A stretch of 63,984 bases of DNA, filler included, from Choristocarpus tenellus KU-1152 (GCA_964200185.2; 12 parts of 12 records of this genome joined end to end with filler, not necessarily neighbours in it); one strand, 5' to 3'. Shown: positions 12,813 through 26,280, numbered from the whole stretch's first letter. Numbers and translations are program-made. Notes: a model not told the origin generated them from the sequence alone.

Positions 12813-13279
12813 TGGTGGTACACACTGGAACCGATTGATTTGTATACACTTAACCTGGGTGCTGGACTCTCACTCTCTCTCTCATCTTTGGTTCTAGGGC
12901 AATCTTTGTTTTCTCCTTCAGATTGTGTGGCGTCTGTATATATATATATACTCATATAGGAGTGTGTTTGTCGTGGCATTCCTGTCTTATCCCTGGTTGT
13001 GTTGGTACTTGCTGCTGCACGTTTTTATTTCTTCATTCTTACCGAATTATTCTTTTTTTTCTATTTTTCTGAGGTCTGAGCGACCCTGGAATATTTTTGC
13101 TTTTCTCTGCAGTGTAGCTGTCACTCAAAGTGCCAAGGCGTTGATGCATTGAACTGCTACGCACAACTCAGTCATTCAATCAGTCAAAGAGACTGCAGGC
13201 ACACAAAACAAACACACACAAGCACACCCTCCCCCCCTAACGTGACCCACTTGGTTTGTTACACCTTTTTCCTCGAAAG

Positions 13280-13465
13280 TCTGCTGCAGGAGAACTCTTC
13301 CGCATCGAAGATGCATCATTGAATGACGTGATCAATTTGATGGGTGGTCCGGGACAAGGATTGCAGAGTTGGGTAGAGAAGTGCCGAACAAAGTTTGTGG
13401 GACTTGATGGAAAGGCACTCGAGCCCCCTGTGGGAGGGCATGAGCACCTGCAGTGGGATCCGTAG
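13280..13465 (+). CDS. Terminal exon of the same unidentified gene (SAAGELFRIEDASLND...GGHEHLQWDP*)
   Basis: CTAAC branch site ~13237, pyrimidine tract, AAG acceptor, protein-like open frame to TAG. Confidence 0.6.
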   Translation, partial: SAAGELFRIEDASLNDVINLMGGPGQGLQSWVEKCRTKFVGLDGKALEPPVGGHEHLQWDP

Positions 13466-14793
13466 AGTAGACCCACTGATGGCTTTGCTTTGTGTGATGG
13501 TGATATGTTTTATAGGGTAGTTTTTTTGTGTTCATTTTGATGGACAAGCTTAAGAATGCACTTGCAGGCAGTGGGATGAGAGGTGCATAGAGATTTGTAT
13601 GGGGCAACCGTCTCCCCTCTTGTTCTGCCCAGCTGAATACTACAGAGGTCACTGGGAGTATCGCCCAGGAGTCAGTGCTTGTGGTGTTCGTGTTCCCCCT
13701 TCACCTTGGGAAGGTAAAAGACAATATATCCTGCGAGGAGGTGCCATCGACCTTATAACCTTAGGTGGCCTTTACGAATGTCTTCTTTGACTTGGTGTTA
13801 TATTAACTGGGGGATCGTGTACTCAGGAAAAGGCGATCTCCTAGATCTGGATACACCTTATGCATTCAGACTCCTGTTGCAAGTCGCCTCTATTTTGGGC
13901 CATGGAAAAGGGGTGTCAGGCACATGTTACGAGCCCTGTTAGTTTTTTTGTGTACCAAAACTGTACGGAATTATATTGTCAATAGTTGGGGGTGTACAGG
14001 GTTGAATTTTCATGTGTGGTTGCTACCTATCTCCGGCCTCCGTAGGCCTAAAACACAGACCGTTAATTTGGCATCCACACGCCCTTCACAGTGGATCTTT
14101 TAACCCGATAGCTCCTGGGTGTTGCCCTTGAAGATGAGATCTGATTTGTAGTATCCACTACTCATCACGTAGTCTAGATGTTTTGGCCAACTTACATACT
14201 CATCCAAGGTTAAGTACACCCCAAATGCATCACTCTTTAGGTTGTTATCTCCTCTCGAGAGAGTGTTGGTTACTTTGCAATTGCTGCTGCATTGAGGTGA
14301 GGCATTGTAGACATTGTGATAGGGTGGTAGAACTGGAAGTGCATTGAGGGCACACTTCTGGTCCAAGAGCCAGGCTTTAAGATAGCAGTTGCTGCAGGGG
14401 CCAAGGAGTCAGATGTTGGACCAGTTGGAAGGCCAATGAGCCAGTGAGTCAACCTCAAGATTGGATCTTGGCAGGGTCACAAGTACTTGAAAATTGCTAA
14501 AAACATGGGTGGTTAAAAAATATTGGATTCCTTTTGGTGGTGTGGTCCTTCCAGAGGTGCGCCGGGTGGTGTGTCATATTCTCCTGCCCATGTGTCCATC
14601 TCATCAGAATATAAGCTGAGCTGGGCTAAACTCGATGGTATGTAAATGGCATTAAGTACAAGTTACCAGTAGCACACGTTGAGCCCCCGTTTTTGCGCCT
14701 TCCTCCCTCATCGCCAGCCCAGGAAGCTGAGTTTAGATACATACTTCGAAGCATAGTTTTCTTACGCCCACCACTCAAACTTGCTTCTACATT

Positions 14794-15055
14794 GAGCCAA
14801 AGTATCTTAGAGGGTAGAGCTGCGTCCATTTGTGGGTCGAAATATAATGTTGCGATTTTGAGGTAATTTTGACTATCGTGTTTGTTAGGAAGTGTCAATA
14901 TCTATGTTTCACACACACCTTTTCGTAACATACACATTTTACCTACTCCGTAACATTTTGGAATAGGAAAATGTCATAAAAAACCCCATGGTGGGAAGCC
15001 AAGCCCCAAATGGACAAACAGGGCAAAATTCGTACCCTCTAAGATACTTTCACTC
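14794..15055 (-). mobile_element. MITE family A copy
   Basis: GAGCCAAAGTATCTTAGAGGGTA...TACCCTCTAAGATACTTTCACTC; exact 4-bp TSD CATT. Confidence 0.9.
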
Positions 15056-17083
15056 CATTTGAAAACGGTGAAGACAGTGCAAGATGGGACTAATGACAAC
15101 GGAAAAGATAACTACATCAGAAAAAACCTCAGGCTCTTTAAAGAGCACAAGGCCAGGAAAATTGTGGTGACTACATCGAATGGGATCAGGATGATGTGGC
15201 TATACTCTCAGGAGGCATGGAAGATCCCCACAGCAAATCTGATCGCCAGGGTGACGGATTGAATAACATTGATGACCTTCAACTGGCGACTGGCATAGAT
15301 AGGGCACCGTGTTGTGCTCGATAAGGCACGAATGGGAACTATCCGTGGCAATGTCTCAGAATCGCTTCTCTCCACACCCACCTCTGCTCTCTTTCACAAA
15401 GCCTACTGTCAACCTAACACCCAAGGGCTTCTATCTTTCTTTGCACACTCTGTCAGTACAGTAGGTCATACAATCCTGCCCTCCAAAATGCAATGGCCCT
15501 AATTGTTGCTGACGTGTAATAGGTTCTACTCGAGAGTAGTTTCTACCAGTACTACCCTACAAGTTTGAAAGTCTCTTTGTATGCCGACTTTTTATGTACT
15601 CTCACTGGTTCGATAGAACAAACAGGTAGGGGTTTTTTCCATGCAGCTTGCGTATCAGGCTGCAGAAACATTTTCTGGTGATGCGCATATGTTCTCAACA
15701 CTAGTTTACAAGTAGGTACTGTTAGTTGCAATGATAACAGGGTTTTCAAGGACTTAAACAGGGATATTAGTTGTAAATCCATTCGAACTGACCACAGCAG
15801 AGACCTTGTTCCATGTCTTTAATTCACTGGAGCAGCGTCCGTTCTCGGAAATTTATTCCCCTTAAAACAAGCAGAAGCAACGGAGGTCGCCATGTCTAAG
15901 GTACACATTGGGTTGACTATAGAGGTATGCAGGGTTGAACTCACACAGTGTGAGGTCATCAAGGTCTTCTAGGCAAAGACTTGGCGTAGAGTAGCCATTA
16001 ACCAAACCGCTAAAGTAGGGGAAACAGGCACTATAAGCAGGTTGTGTCCTTCACTGTGGACTGTCACCCTCGACAAGGATTTGGCATTAAGAATTATCTT
16101 CGACGTTTGTGGTAGTTGAAGTTTCGAAGATTCGGCTTGAGGATAATTCCGGCGAGGACTCAATTGGAAACTTCATGGTGGGCGAATGAGATTCCAAGGA
16201 AGCGGTAATACCTAATGCACTTCACACCGAAGCAACATTTTTATATTTAAATTAAAGTCGAAAATACCACTACTGCCATTGTTCCATTGAATTACCTGGT
16301 GTATCCTGTTTTTTTGTGGACTTATTCTCTTGCATCCTTTCTTCATTTTCTCCCCTCTCTTCCCCTTGCGCTTATTAGGTGGTGGTAATCTTTCTGGCCC
16401 TGATTCTCTTCTTCCTTTTTCTTTACTTTATTTTTTATTTTTTTCTTCTACGACTTTGTATTCTTTTCTGTTCCTTGTCGCCTTTTCTCAAGGATTGTGT
16501 ATTTCTTCTTCAGACCACTTTTTCCACCACTCTGGGATCCCTCAGACAAATGTGGTGATAGAAATAATAATAAAATACTAATGAAAATGGTATTGATCAC
16601 CTACGCACACGGTAGGAGGAAGAGGGAAAAGGAGACTACGGCAGGAAAAAAAGAAGTGTCAAATCCCGTTTACGACGGATGGTGTTCGTCACAACACAAG
16701 TACCTCTATCATCAGGACGTATCATGCGTTTTAAACTCGAGACACCAGGGAAATGGGCAAGGAGGGGCCTGTCAGATTCTTGGGATACTTCCCTAGCTCC
16801 TCCCTAAACAGTCTCTCGGCAAAATTGAGGATGGAGCATTTTATGGAGGATGAGTTTGACCGAAAATGGTGCGCGGAAAGTGCCCATATATATTTTTTTG
16901 TAAGTGTTGCGGCACTTTTTAAGNNNNNNNNNNNNNNNNNNNNNNNNNNNNNNNNNNNNNNNNNNNNTTAATTAATTAANNNNNNNNNNNNNNNNNNNNN
17001 NNNNNNNNNNNNNNNNNNNNNNNTTTTATTTATTTTTTTTTCCCCCCCCCCCCCCCCCCCACCCACAACACCGAACAACACCC

Positions 17084-17115
<32 letters not shown>

Positions 17116-18272
17116 ACATCACGAACCACTCATTCGCTTCAAAACGTTCCAAAATATTTGAATTTCCACCAACAAAACTTCTGATAAGATAAGTACTTCA
17201 ATCATTCTGAGTCAGACGAGAGCCATCAGATACGTGCGGGTGTGTCTTTTTAGGTGCAAAGTTATATACCTCAATCATGACAATCTCCCCTCTCCAGGCA
17301 CACCAGACCCCTAACCCTACTGCAATTGCGCAGGCGGCGGGCAGGGGTCCTAACCATCCTAGTTCTCTACCTCTACCCCACAGAATAATATTTAAAAAAA
17401 AGAATTGTTCTTCCTGAAAGCTGGCCCTCTTTGTGAAATTTTTTTAACCTGCCCCAGTATGTATATATATATATACATGCATTTGGTGTGTGAAGTGAAA
17501 GTGATAGGGAGAGAGAGGTAGAGAGATTTGGCTTGGTTTGTTAGCTAGTCTGTTAGTCTAGGTTAGAAAAAAAAGGTAAAAAAAAGAAGAAGGTACCAAC
17601 GGTGGTAGCAGCTGACAAGGTTAGTTTTAGTTTGGAAGGGCAAAAGGACAGAATTGCTTAGATCTCCAGTGTAGGTATATATGGTGGGTGTTACACGGCA
17701 ACCACAATATATATATATATATATATATTTTAAACAATCAACAGTCAATAATGAACAATAAATAAATAATCAACATCCAACACCCATCCAAGATGCTCGT
17801 AGTTAAATAAAAATAGTGATATTATTATTATTATTATTGATATTATTATTATTATTGATATTATTATTGTGAAGCCGGTATACCTTACAAAAAAAAAAGA
17901 CGGTGGGGGTAATGATAAGAAGCGCACACAATAACGCATATATTTTACAAACACCAATGGGATGTGTTATGCGTTTCGTTCAATGCCATCGCATTTTCGC
18001 CTGCCACATCCTGAAACCCTCTCAAAAACAAAAATAAATTTCAAACCACTATCAATGCAACTATTACATAAGACACTCGTGCCTGTGTGAGTGTCCTATA
18101 TCTAAGGTATACCTTAAGTAGTACGAGAGCTGATGGGTGAGTCACATTTCAAACTGTATATATATATATATACATACATATATTTTAATAGACTCTTCAT
18201 GTGTTACATATGCTAAGGCCGTCGGTCCTCAAAGCATCCACATCAAATCAGTGCTGTCTACTTACTACTTAT

Positions 18273-18436
18273 ACTGGAGTCACAAGGAAGGGCAGGATGA
18301 TTTTCCTTTATAGCTCCACCTTCATGTTTTAGAAATATGCTCTATTAATAGTGTCAACTGGAGTCACAAGGAAGGGCAGGATGATTCCTTTCTAGCTCCA
18401 CCTTTATGTTCTGGAAATATACTCAATTAATAGTGT
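18273..18436. repeat. Tandem duplication, 84-bp period, 2 copies
   Basis: actggagtcacaaggaagggcaggatgatt...tagctccacc...attaatagtgt at 18273 and 18357. Confidence 0.9.
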
Positions 18437-18703
18437 TCATTCTTAATAAAAGGACTGGTTGCTTCTAACCAATTTACTACTGGAATGAAAAAAATAATAT
18501 GTAAGCGTGAAAAAGCAACCCCCTTTTTTTGTTCTATTTTTTGTTCTATTGTACGAACTCGATTGGTAACCTACATAAAAAACATAAAAAACAAAACGCC
18601 TGAAACACAATGTAAAACAAAAAAATAATGTGAAGAATCGATTAAAATTTTTATGACACAAATAAAGAATCACAATACTTCTAGCGAAAAACCCAACAAT
18701 AAC

Positions 18704-18738
<35 letters not shown>

Positions 18739-19105
18739 TTCAAATATAAACCCAACATCAACAGTGAAAAAAAATCCCGTATCCACAATGACACCACTAA
18801 AAATATATATACATAGATGCTAAAAAAACATGTATATATGCTCAAAAAATATATATATATATGCTAAAAACGAAACATACAAAATTTAAAGTGTGCACTA
18901 AAACAGGCATCACGATCCCATCAAAACAGTTAACAAAAACCTCCACCAATAAGATACTCTCAGCCGGAAGCAGCACGTGCGTTCTAAAAAATGTCTGCGT
19001 GCGTCTGTGTGCGCCAGCGTGGTGAAGATGTTATTTGGAGTGAGAGAGGGGGGCTGGTCAGTTAGGGTTCCTGTTTTTAATTTTTGTTTTGTTTTTTTCT
19101 TTTAC

Positions 19106-19204
19106 CCGCAGACGGTACGCCTCCTTATCCCTTTCCGCTTCGGCATCCAGGAGCTCCAACGCCTTCTCTCTCTCATACAGAACCGCCCTTTCTTCCTTTT
19201 GCTC
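19106..19204 (-). CDS. Internal exon of a coiled-coil protein (EQKEERAVLYEREKALELLDAEAERDKEAYRLR)
   Basis: ctccccAG acceptor, 99-nt phase-0 exon, CGG|GTAAAA donor; charged helical composition. Confidence 0.65.
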
Positions 19205-19274
19205 CTGGGGAGGGAGGACCACGACACCATGGCGGGAGCATAGCCCAGGAGGTGCGCGTACATAGGGTTAGGGT

Positions 19275-19477
19275 CAGTGCTTTAGTGCTTTAATGTTTTA
19301 GTGCTCTAATGTTTTAGTGCTCTAATGCTTTAGTGCTTTAATGTTTTAATGTTTTAGTGCTTTAATGCTTTAGTGTTATAGTGCTTTAGTGCTTTAATGC
19401 TTTAGTGTTTTAGTGCTTTAATGTCTTAGTGCTTTAATGCTTTAGTGCTTTAATGTTTTAGTGCTTTAGCGCTATAG
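19275..19477. repeat. 8-bp minisatellite (TTTAGTGC / TTTAATGY)
   Basis: About 25 tandem variant units. Confidence 0.9.
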
Positions 19478-20104
19478 TCAAAAAATGACAACCAGGCAAG
19501 TGGGTAGAAAGATCCAGCTAGGAGGAGGAGGAGGAGGAGGAGGAGACAGAGTTGGACGATTTTGGTGTAGGAGGGAGTTTGATGAGAAGGGGTGGGGCGG
19601 GGGTGGGGGGGGAAGGTAGTCCGGGCGGTAGACTTGAGGTAACTCTTGATTGTCTCTTGATTGTGTGACGACGACGACTTATTGCATGATTTGAATGGAA
19701 CACATTGTTGTGTTCAAAAAGTGTATATTGAGGGTTAGGGTTAGGGTTGGGGTTGGGGTTTGAAAAAAAAAAGTAAAAAAAAATACTACGGAGTATGACG
19801 TAAGTGAGTAGAGCACACACCTTGGGAAATTGCAAAAAAAAAATAGCATAACTGATTCCGTTCGAAAATAAATAAATAAAAAAGACTCAATCGCCTGTCC
19901 AATCAATAGAAGAAGATAAAATCAAATACGTAACCACTATATTGACGTAGAAATTTGTTTTTGTTTTTGTTTTTTTTAAGAAAAGAAATAATATATAAAA
20001 ATGTTCAAACGTGTTCGTGCCACTCAGGACTCCTCATCATGGCATGCTCCTAATGATATTACCTTCTGTCTCTCAGAGCATTTCCCTCCTTTACCTCCTT
20101 GATG

Positions 20105-20141
<37 letters not shown>

Positions 20142-20317
20142 CTTCTACTTGGGTATGCCCAGGACCAACTGAGGTCAACGTCCTCCCATAGAGACTGAAT
20201 AGGAGGATTCATCTAATCTTCTTTGGAGGAGTGATGCTCACTGGTAATATGCTGCAACTTTAATAAATAAAACAAAAAATAGGAGTGGGGATTTCATCTT
20301 CTGACATCGCACTTGAG

Positions 20318-20520
20318 AACAATAATAATAACAATAAGAAGAACAACAATAATAATAATAATAATAGTAACAACAATAGCAGTAACAATAATAACAATAA
20401 GAAGAACAATAATAATAACAATAATAAGAAGAAGAAGAACAACAATAATAATAATAACAATAAGAACAACAACAACAATAACAATAATAACAATAATAAT
20501 AATAATAATAATAATAATAT
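20318..20520. repeat. (AAT/AAC/AAG)n compound trinucleotide microsatellite
   Basis: Explains the poly-N, poly-L and poly-I ORFs in the ORF track. Confidence 0.95.
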
Positions 20521-22539
20521 TGGTAATCTACCGGTTACCCACCTATTGGGCATGATAATATTATGTCCACTACAAGTAGAAGGAGTGCTATAAAAAGCAT
20601 TGTTGATCACCAATGTTTTCGGTCAACTTTGGTTGGGTATACTCCGGAGTAGATAAATAGATGCCAGTAGCAATACTATAGAAGCTGGCTTTTCCTAGCA
20701 GGCGTTTATAAATATAATAAATATGCATCTGGATGGGCGTTAATCTTGTATATATATATGTGTGTGTGTATGTATGTATGTATGTATGTGCAGGCATGCA
20801 GTAAAATATATTCGTGTTGCTAAGAAGAGGAGAAAATAAGTGTCTGTTGCCTTCTTACTTTTCCATTTGGTAGGCATATGTATCAATTGCACCAATATAT
20901 ATATATATATTGGAAAATAAATTGAAAAAAATATTTCATTGATACAAGACATAAAAAAAGAGAGCAAAGTATGTCCAAAAAAATAAACACTTCAAGTCTT
21001 TTTGCTTAACTTTTTTTTCTTAGGTAAGGATTTTTTTTAAATCATTTCTTCTTAGGGTTAAATAAAACAAAAACAAAAAAATAAGTAGAGCATTTTCCAT
21101 TGAAAGCAAAATGATAGGATCGCACTACATGGTTAGATATACATAAATAATACATACATAATACATAAATGATCATAACATCATATAGAAGAAAGAAAGA
21201 CAGCTCCAAGCATCAGTGTATTACAATTTCAAATACACAGCCCTAACCCTAATCCTAACCAAATATGAAAGAACCCCTAACCCCTAACCCTTTTACAAAA
21301 TGAAACTGTCAGATGGTACACAAAATAAGAAAAATGAAAGTAAAATAAATAAATAAATGCATACATATGTATATATATATATATAGAGAGAGAGAGAGGG
21401 AGAAAGGAAAGAATATATATTCTGGTCCAGTTTACCATGTATTGGACCACCCATACAAGCACAAGTTGAAAAAAAACTCCAAAAAAAATAAAAATAAATA
21501 TATATACATTCGTTTTTGGTCATTTAGTTCCCCTCNNNNNNNNNNNNNNNNNNNNNNNNNNNNNNNNNNNNNNNNNNNNTTAATTAATTAANNNNNNNNN
21601 NNNNNNNNNNNNNNNNNNNNNNNNNNNNNNNNNNNCCTGTTGACCTACCAATTTCTACAACCTGGTTTTTACCGTTTCAGTAAGACCTGTAAGACTTTCC
21701 AAAAGGCTCAACGGTGTTTTTACCTGGGGCCAGGGATCAATCACCCCCGTGATGCGTACCGTGTTCTTACTCCGACTGGTGCCATTGTTACTGAGCGAAA
21801 CCTAACCCAGCTGTCCACTTATGACCCTAGTCTTGTCCCAGAGTGAAAGGTTACCCCTGCTTTGCGAAAGGGGGGGGGGGGGGGGGCTTCATGCAGACCT
21901 TTTTTCTGAGGACAATTTTCCCCATCCTGAAGCAGGTGGCCCATCATTAGATGTACAGTCTATTTGTTCAAATTTCTCTTCCGCTGCATCCCTTTCCGAC
22001 GGCTCTTCCTGTAGTGACGGAAGTGAGGACAGGTTTGTTCTAGGTGAGAGGCCATCCTTTGGCAACAAAGGAGATGGTTAGACTAATGATCCTCCCCTTG
22101 GTGAAGGGAGTGTTGGTCAGATTGTCAAGGATCTGGCTGTTGACCCTTCCACTGGTGATGGGGAGGGAGGGTAGGTTGATATGAGTCTGTCCAAAGACAC
22201 TACACGAGATGGTGAAGGGAGTGTAGAATGTGTCTCACCCTCGGGTTCACAGCACTTGCCTCAGGCAGGTGCTGACCCAACGGCTGCCTGTACTGCAGTT
22301 TGCCAGCTGGAAGACTTTCTTCCCAACCCAGTCCGTGAGCCTTGCGTTGAGTTGGGTAGGACTAGACAGGAAAATCATGCCAGAGTTGAAGGGAGTGCAG
22401 GTGTTGGCAATGTGATGTCTCTTATTGCTAGTTTAGAAAGGAAACATGTTGTTCATGCCCTGACTGTACAGTCCACACCTGAGTCTGTGTTGATGTGTAC
22501 CCCCCTTCATGGTCGTTTTGTTTCTGAGTTGGGTCCAGC

Positions 22540-23593
22540 GCCACAGTCTTATGTTGAGGCTCAAAAGTCTGAATACTGGCCAGTATGGGAAGAGGCTATG
22601 TCCAAGGAGTTGGATGGTTTATTGGACACAAGTGCCTTCAGTGTTGCAGAGGTCCCCTTGGGACGCAAGGCTATTGGTTCCAAGTGGGTGTTTAAATGGA
22701 AGGGTGAATGTTTTGGGATATTCAGTGGGGCTAAGGCTAGGCTAGTTGCTCAAGGTTTTGGCCAGGAGTATGGTCTTTGTGCCTCCCTGAATGAAGAGTT
22801 CCCTACCAAAAACCTTGGCTAATTGTCTCAGTTTTCTGGTTGCACTGACACAAGATATTGGAAGCATGGTACCCTCTCCATTACCCAGACTAACTAAACG
22901 TTTTTCCACCCAATCAACAAGCCCAATCCCTGCTGTCCCTTCCAGAAAACTGGGAATTAGGGAGGGAGATACCCCGTCAGAGGATTGCTCTTTTCGTGAG
23001 GCAGTTCAGGCGTTGATGTGGGTCAGTAAGATGACCAGGCCAGATGTGGCTAATACAGTCAGAGCTGTAGCCCGTCGCTCACATGCTACAAGTCATACTA
23101 CAAGTCATGTCCACTGGAGAGCTGTGACCCAGATCCTCAAGTACCTCAAAGGAATGCGGGAGTTGGGCTTAACCTACGAGAAAGCAGCAGGACTGAAACT
23201 AGTGGCCTATGCTGATGCAAACTTCGCCAATGAGACTTTGACAGAAGTTCTGTGTCAGGGGGAGCAGTAGCTTGGCTTTCTAACACCAGGCATATCATTG
23301 CGCAGTTCACTACAGAGGCTGAGTACATAGCCTTGGGGGACTGTCTGAAGGAGTTGTTGTATTTGAGGGGTGTGTTGGAATTTGTTCGGCCTGAGGTTTC
23401 TGGATCTTGTTATGTGGTGTATGAGGACAACACAAATAATCCTTTAAGCTCTGGCAGGACCAAGCACGCAGATGTGCGACACCATTTCCTGAGGGACTTG
23501 GTAGCACATGAGCAAATACAGATTATTCATGTTAACTCAGATGAGCAGCATGCAGATGTGCTGACCAAGCCTCTAGCAGAGGAATCTTTTTGA
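22540..23593 (+). pseudogene. pol: Copia pol RT-RNase H remnant
   Basis: ORFs 22181-22822, 22791-23270 and 23252-23593 carry successive RT and RNase H motifs in different frames. Confidence 0.9.
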
Positions 23594-23735
23594 AGGCATA
23601 CTGGGCTTTGCTTAATTTAGTGGTTTGTTTTTCGTTGGATTTTGAATTCTTCGTGTTCGTTTGGTTTTTCTTCTTTAGTCAGTTCAGTAGCTAGTTATGT
23701 CTAGTGACCACTCAGAGTTGTTGAGCTAGGGAAGG

Positions 23736-24170
23736 TGTTCGAATAGACTCCTCCAACTGTAACTGATACTCCTAGTAGTATACATGCAGAGTCAGAATAC
23801 AAGAATTATTAGTTGGTTAATCCAAATTTATTCTTGTATACTAATGGATAGATAGGAATTAGTTCCATAAGCATGGTATTTTGGGGTTGTATGGTCATCC
23901 TCTCTGCTTGGTAGTGATCACTCTACAACACTTGGTAATACTCCTGCATTTATCTCTTCTATCCATACATGACCCGTGGGATACTTTAATAACACTCCTG
24001 TGAGTCCTGTGCAATATAGGCTAGGAACTATATAGGGAGTTATATCTTTAGTGAACAGCACAGTACAACAGAAGTATTCACTGAGCAGAGTAAGGTTCAA
24101 GGATCTGATTTGGTGTACTTAGTCACAGGTTTGAGTCTCGATGGATTGATTTCTTATTTTGTTCAATACA
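23736..24170 (+). repeat. Putative 3' LTR (~435 bp)
   Basis: Purine tract AGGGAAGG directly followed by TGTTCGAATA; ends TGTTCAATACA (TG...CA, imperfect inverted ends). Confidence 0.6.
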
Positions 24171-24326
24171 AGTGGCTGACGTAGTGCGACTGACACAGAC
24201 ACATTTTGACGTGTCTGATGACGTGCNNNNNNNNNNNNNNNNNNNNNNNNNNNNNNNNNNNNNNNNNNNNTTAATTAATTAANNNNNNNNNNNNNNNNNN
24301 NNNNNNNNNNNNNNNNNNNNNNNNNN

Positions 24327-24395
24327 CAAAAAACGTGAGATGAAAAAATTGACCCCAAATGGACAGCCGCCACCCCCTCCCAGATACTTTGAGCC
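24327..24395 (+). mobile_element. MITE family B, right end (cut by contig start)
   Basis: caaatggacagccgccaccccctcccagatactttgagcc. Confidence 0.8.
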
Positions 24396-24998
24396 AAACA
24401 ACTAACAATAACACTCATATTTTTTTTCCCGTCATGGCTACAACGGGATCGGTAAGGGCATGGTACTATAAAACACTTCAGTAATCAATACACCATATTA
24501 TTACTTGCACCTGTGGTATAGAGGACCACCTTCGGATTTCTGGTCCTTGGAATACCATGGTGCTGTGCCTTCCCTGGTTTGTGGTGGACGACAGATAGGG
24601 TCAAGATTGCTGTGCCCCACCCTACCACCTCTCTGACTACCATGTGCAATGTATACTTACTGCATCTGCTACAAGTGCAACTCGATATTAGGTTTCTACA
24701 GCTTGCAGGTGCATGGTCTAAGAGTCCACCATGTGCCGTCCCCACCCACCACAATATCTAACCCATCGTCCATGCTGTCATTCCTTCCTAGTCCTTCTCC
24801 AGTTGTTCGATAGATCTCTTTTCTTGTTTGATTAAGATGTAAAATAGGTACAAAGTGCCCCATGTTTCACTACTCGCTACAACTACAACTACGGATATAC
24901 AACAAAGGTATGTTGCACTTGAAGCAATGTAGAAGTGGTGTCAATACGTTCCAGGGAAGAGTTCTGTCTGGCAGAATCAATGGGTAGGCCTGGGAATT

Positions 24999-25174
24999 GG
25001 TTCAAAGTATCTGGGGGGGGGGGGGTCTACACCAGGGTGTCCATTTGGGCCATGAACAGGTAAAGTGCACTTACAATATCCATCCGATGTATGCAACCAA
25101 ATCACACAAAATTCGCGACAAGAAAAAATGGGCCCCAACGAACAGCTGCCACTCCCCCCCAGATATTTTGATCC
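24999..25174 (+). mobile_element. MITE family B, full copy (~176 bp)
   Basis: GGTTCAAAGTATCTGGGGG...CCCCCAGATATTTTGATCC inverted ends; internal ctacaccagggtgtccatttggg. Confidence 0.85.
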
Positions 25175-25199
25175 ATTACTTGATATTTTTCAGCAGATA

Positions 25200-26280
25200 A
25201 CTTAAATCCTTGAGTGTAAGGGTTGTTGAATAGGCAACTCTGCTACTTTATGGATGTAGCGATGTAGAAATGGTAGTAATCTAACATTCTGCTTGCGAGG
25301 AGAGCATGGTATGGTGCAGTGATGTGACCAGGGTGGATGGGCGGAAATTTATTCCAGTCCCCTCCTTCTCACACCCATTGATATTTTCCCTGCATCCCTC
25401 GGTTTCCAGACTATCATATATTGCAAGGAGAAACAGATTCACTGCCTCACTGGTTGTCATGTCAATACGTATCACATTGTGATGTCAAGCCATGGATATT
25501 ATTCAGGAGGAAATCACTGTCATGGAGTCATTGACCCGGCATGTAAGCCAAAAGAATGCCATACAATTTTTACTTGGGATAAGAATATCATTTTTTAAAT
25601 TTTGTCCCACAAGGTGTGTTTGCCCAGTCATGCCTTGAACTGAACAAGCATGCTACTTCAAGGACGGATAGAATCCGATGTTTCTGATTAGTACGAATGT
25701 AGGTAGCCTGTGTGCCTGTATGCATATGATCCTTGCCACATCCTCTATGTCACACCGGGGCCACCATGCTTACTTTGCATAAAGAGTGTCAGGGCGATCA
25801 CTACGATTACAGAAACAAGCTAACCTTACACCGTTGGGTTAATCTAGAGGCCTCAATACTCAAGAACGTAGGCTGTATGCAATGGCCTGATGGATAGTCA
25901 TAATATCTGAATTACTGGCTTGATATTTGCTTAGAGTATATGATTCAGATAAGGACATAAAAGCTGGACTGGTCTGAGGTTGAATTAAAAACTCCAGAGT
26001 ACAAATAAAAAGCCCGTGGCTCCTTGTCATCGAAATCTTACACTGTCGGTTCGAAATGGCTTTTGTGAAACCCCCATAAACAGTCATTGTCTGTACTAAA
26101 CCCCCAGCGTGAAGCACATCCAATTTGTTCAACCTTATCAATAGGAAATGAAACATCTTTCTCCATCTGGAAATGAGAGTAGCAAATGCGAAACAACTGT
26201 CACTGCTGGGTCGTGTCATATCCACAAGCATGTCGGAGGTTCCCAGGAGGAATAAATCCAGTGGGAAGATTCCCCTCCAA
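25200..26280 (-). pseudogene. Decayed intronless ORF of unknown family
   Basis: Long protein-like minus-strand reading (LEGNLPTGFIPPGNLRHACGYD...RWGFSTDNDCLWGFHKSHFEP...EGGDWNKFPPIHPGHITAPYHALL) interrupted by scattered stops and frameshifts. Confidence 0.3.

Larger units (their letters stand above)
21636..24170 (+). mobile_element. Ty1/copia LTR retrotransposon, 3' part (post-integrase SH3 region, deleted RT, RNase H, PPT, 3' LTR)
   Basis: KAQRCFYLGPGINHPRDAYRVL; PQSYVEA...WEEAMSKELDGL...KAIGSKWVFKWK...KARLVAQGFGQ; TRPDVANTV...YADANFA; TTEAEYIAL...YEDN...RTKHADVRHHFLRD...HADVLTKPL. Several frameshifts and stops. Confidence 0.95.

Noticed and set aside
20260-20613. Poly-Asn, poly-Leu and poly-Ile ORFs
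   Set aside because: Translations of a trinucleotide microsatellite.
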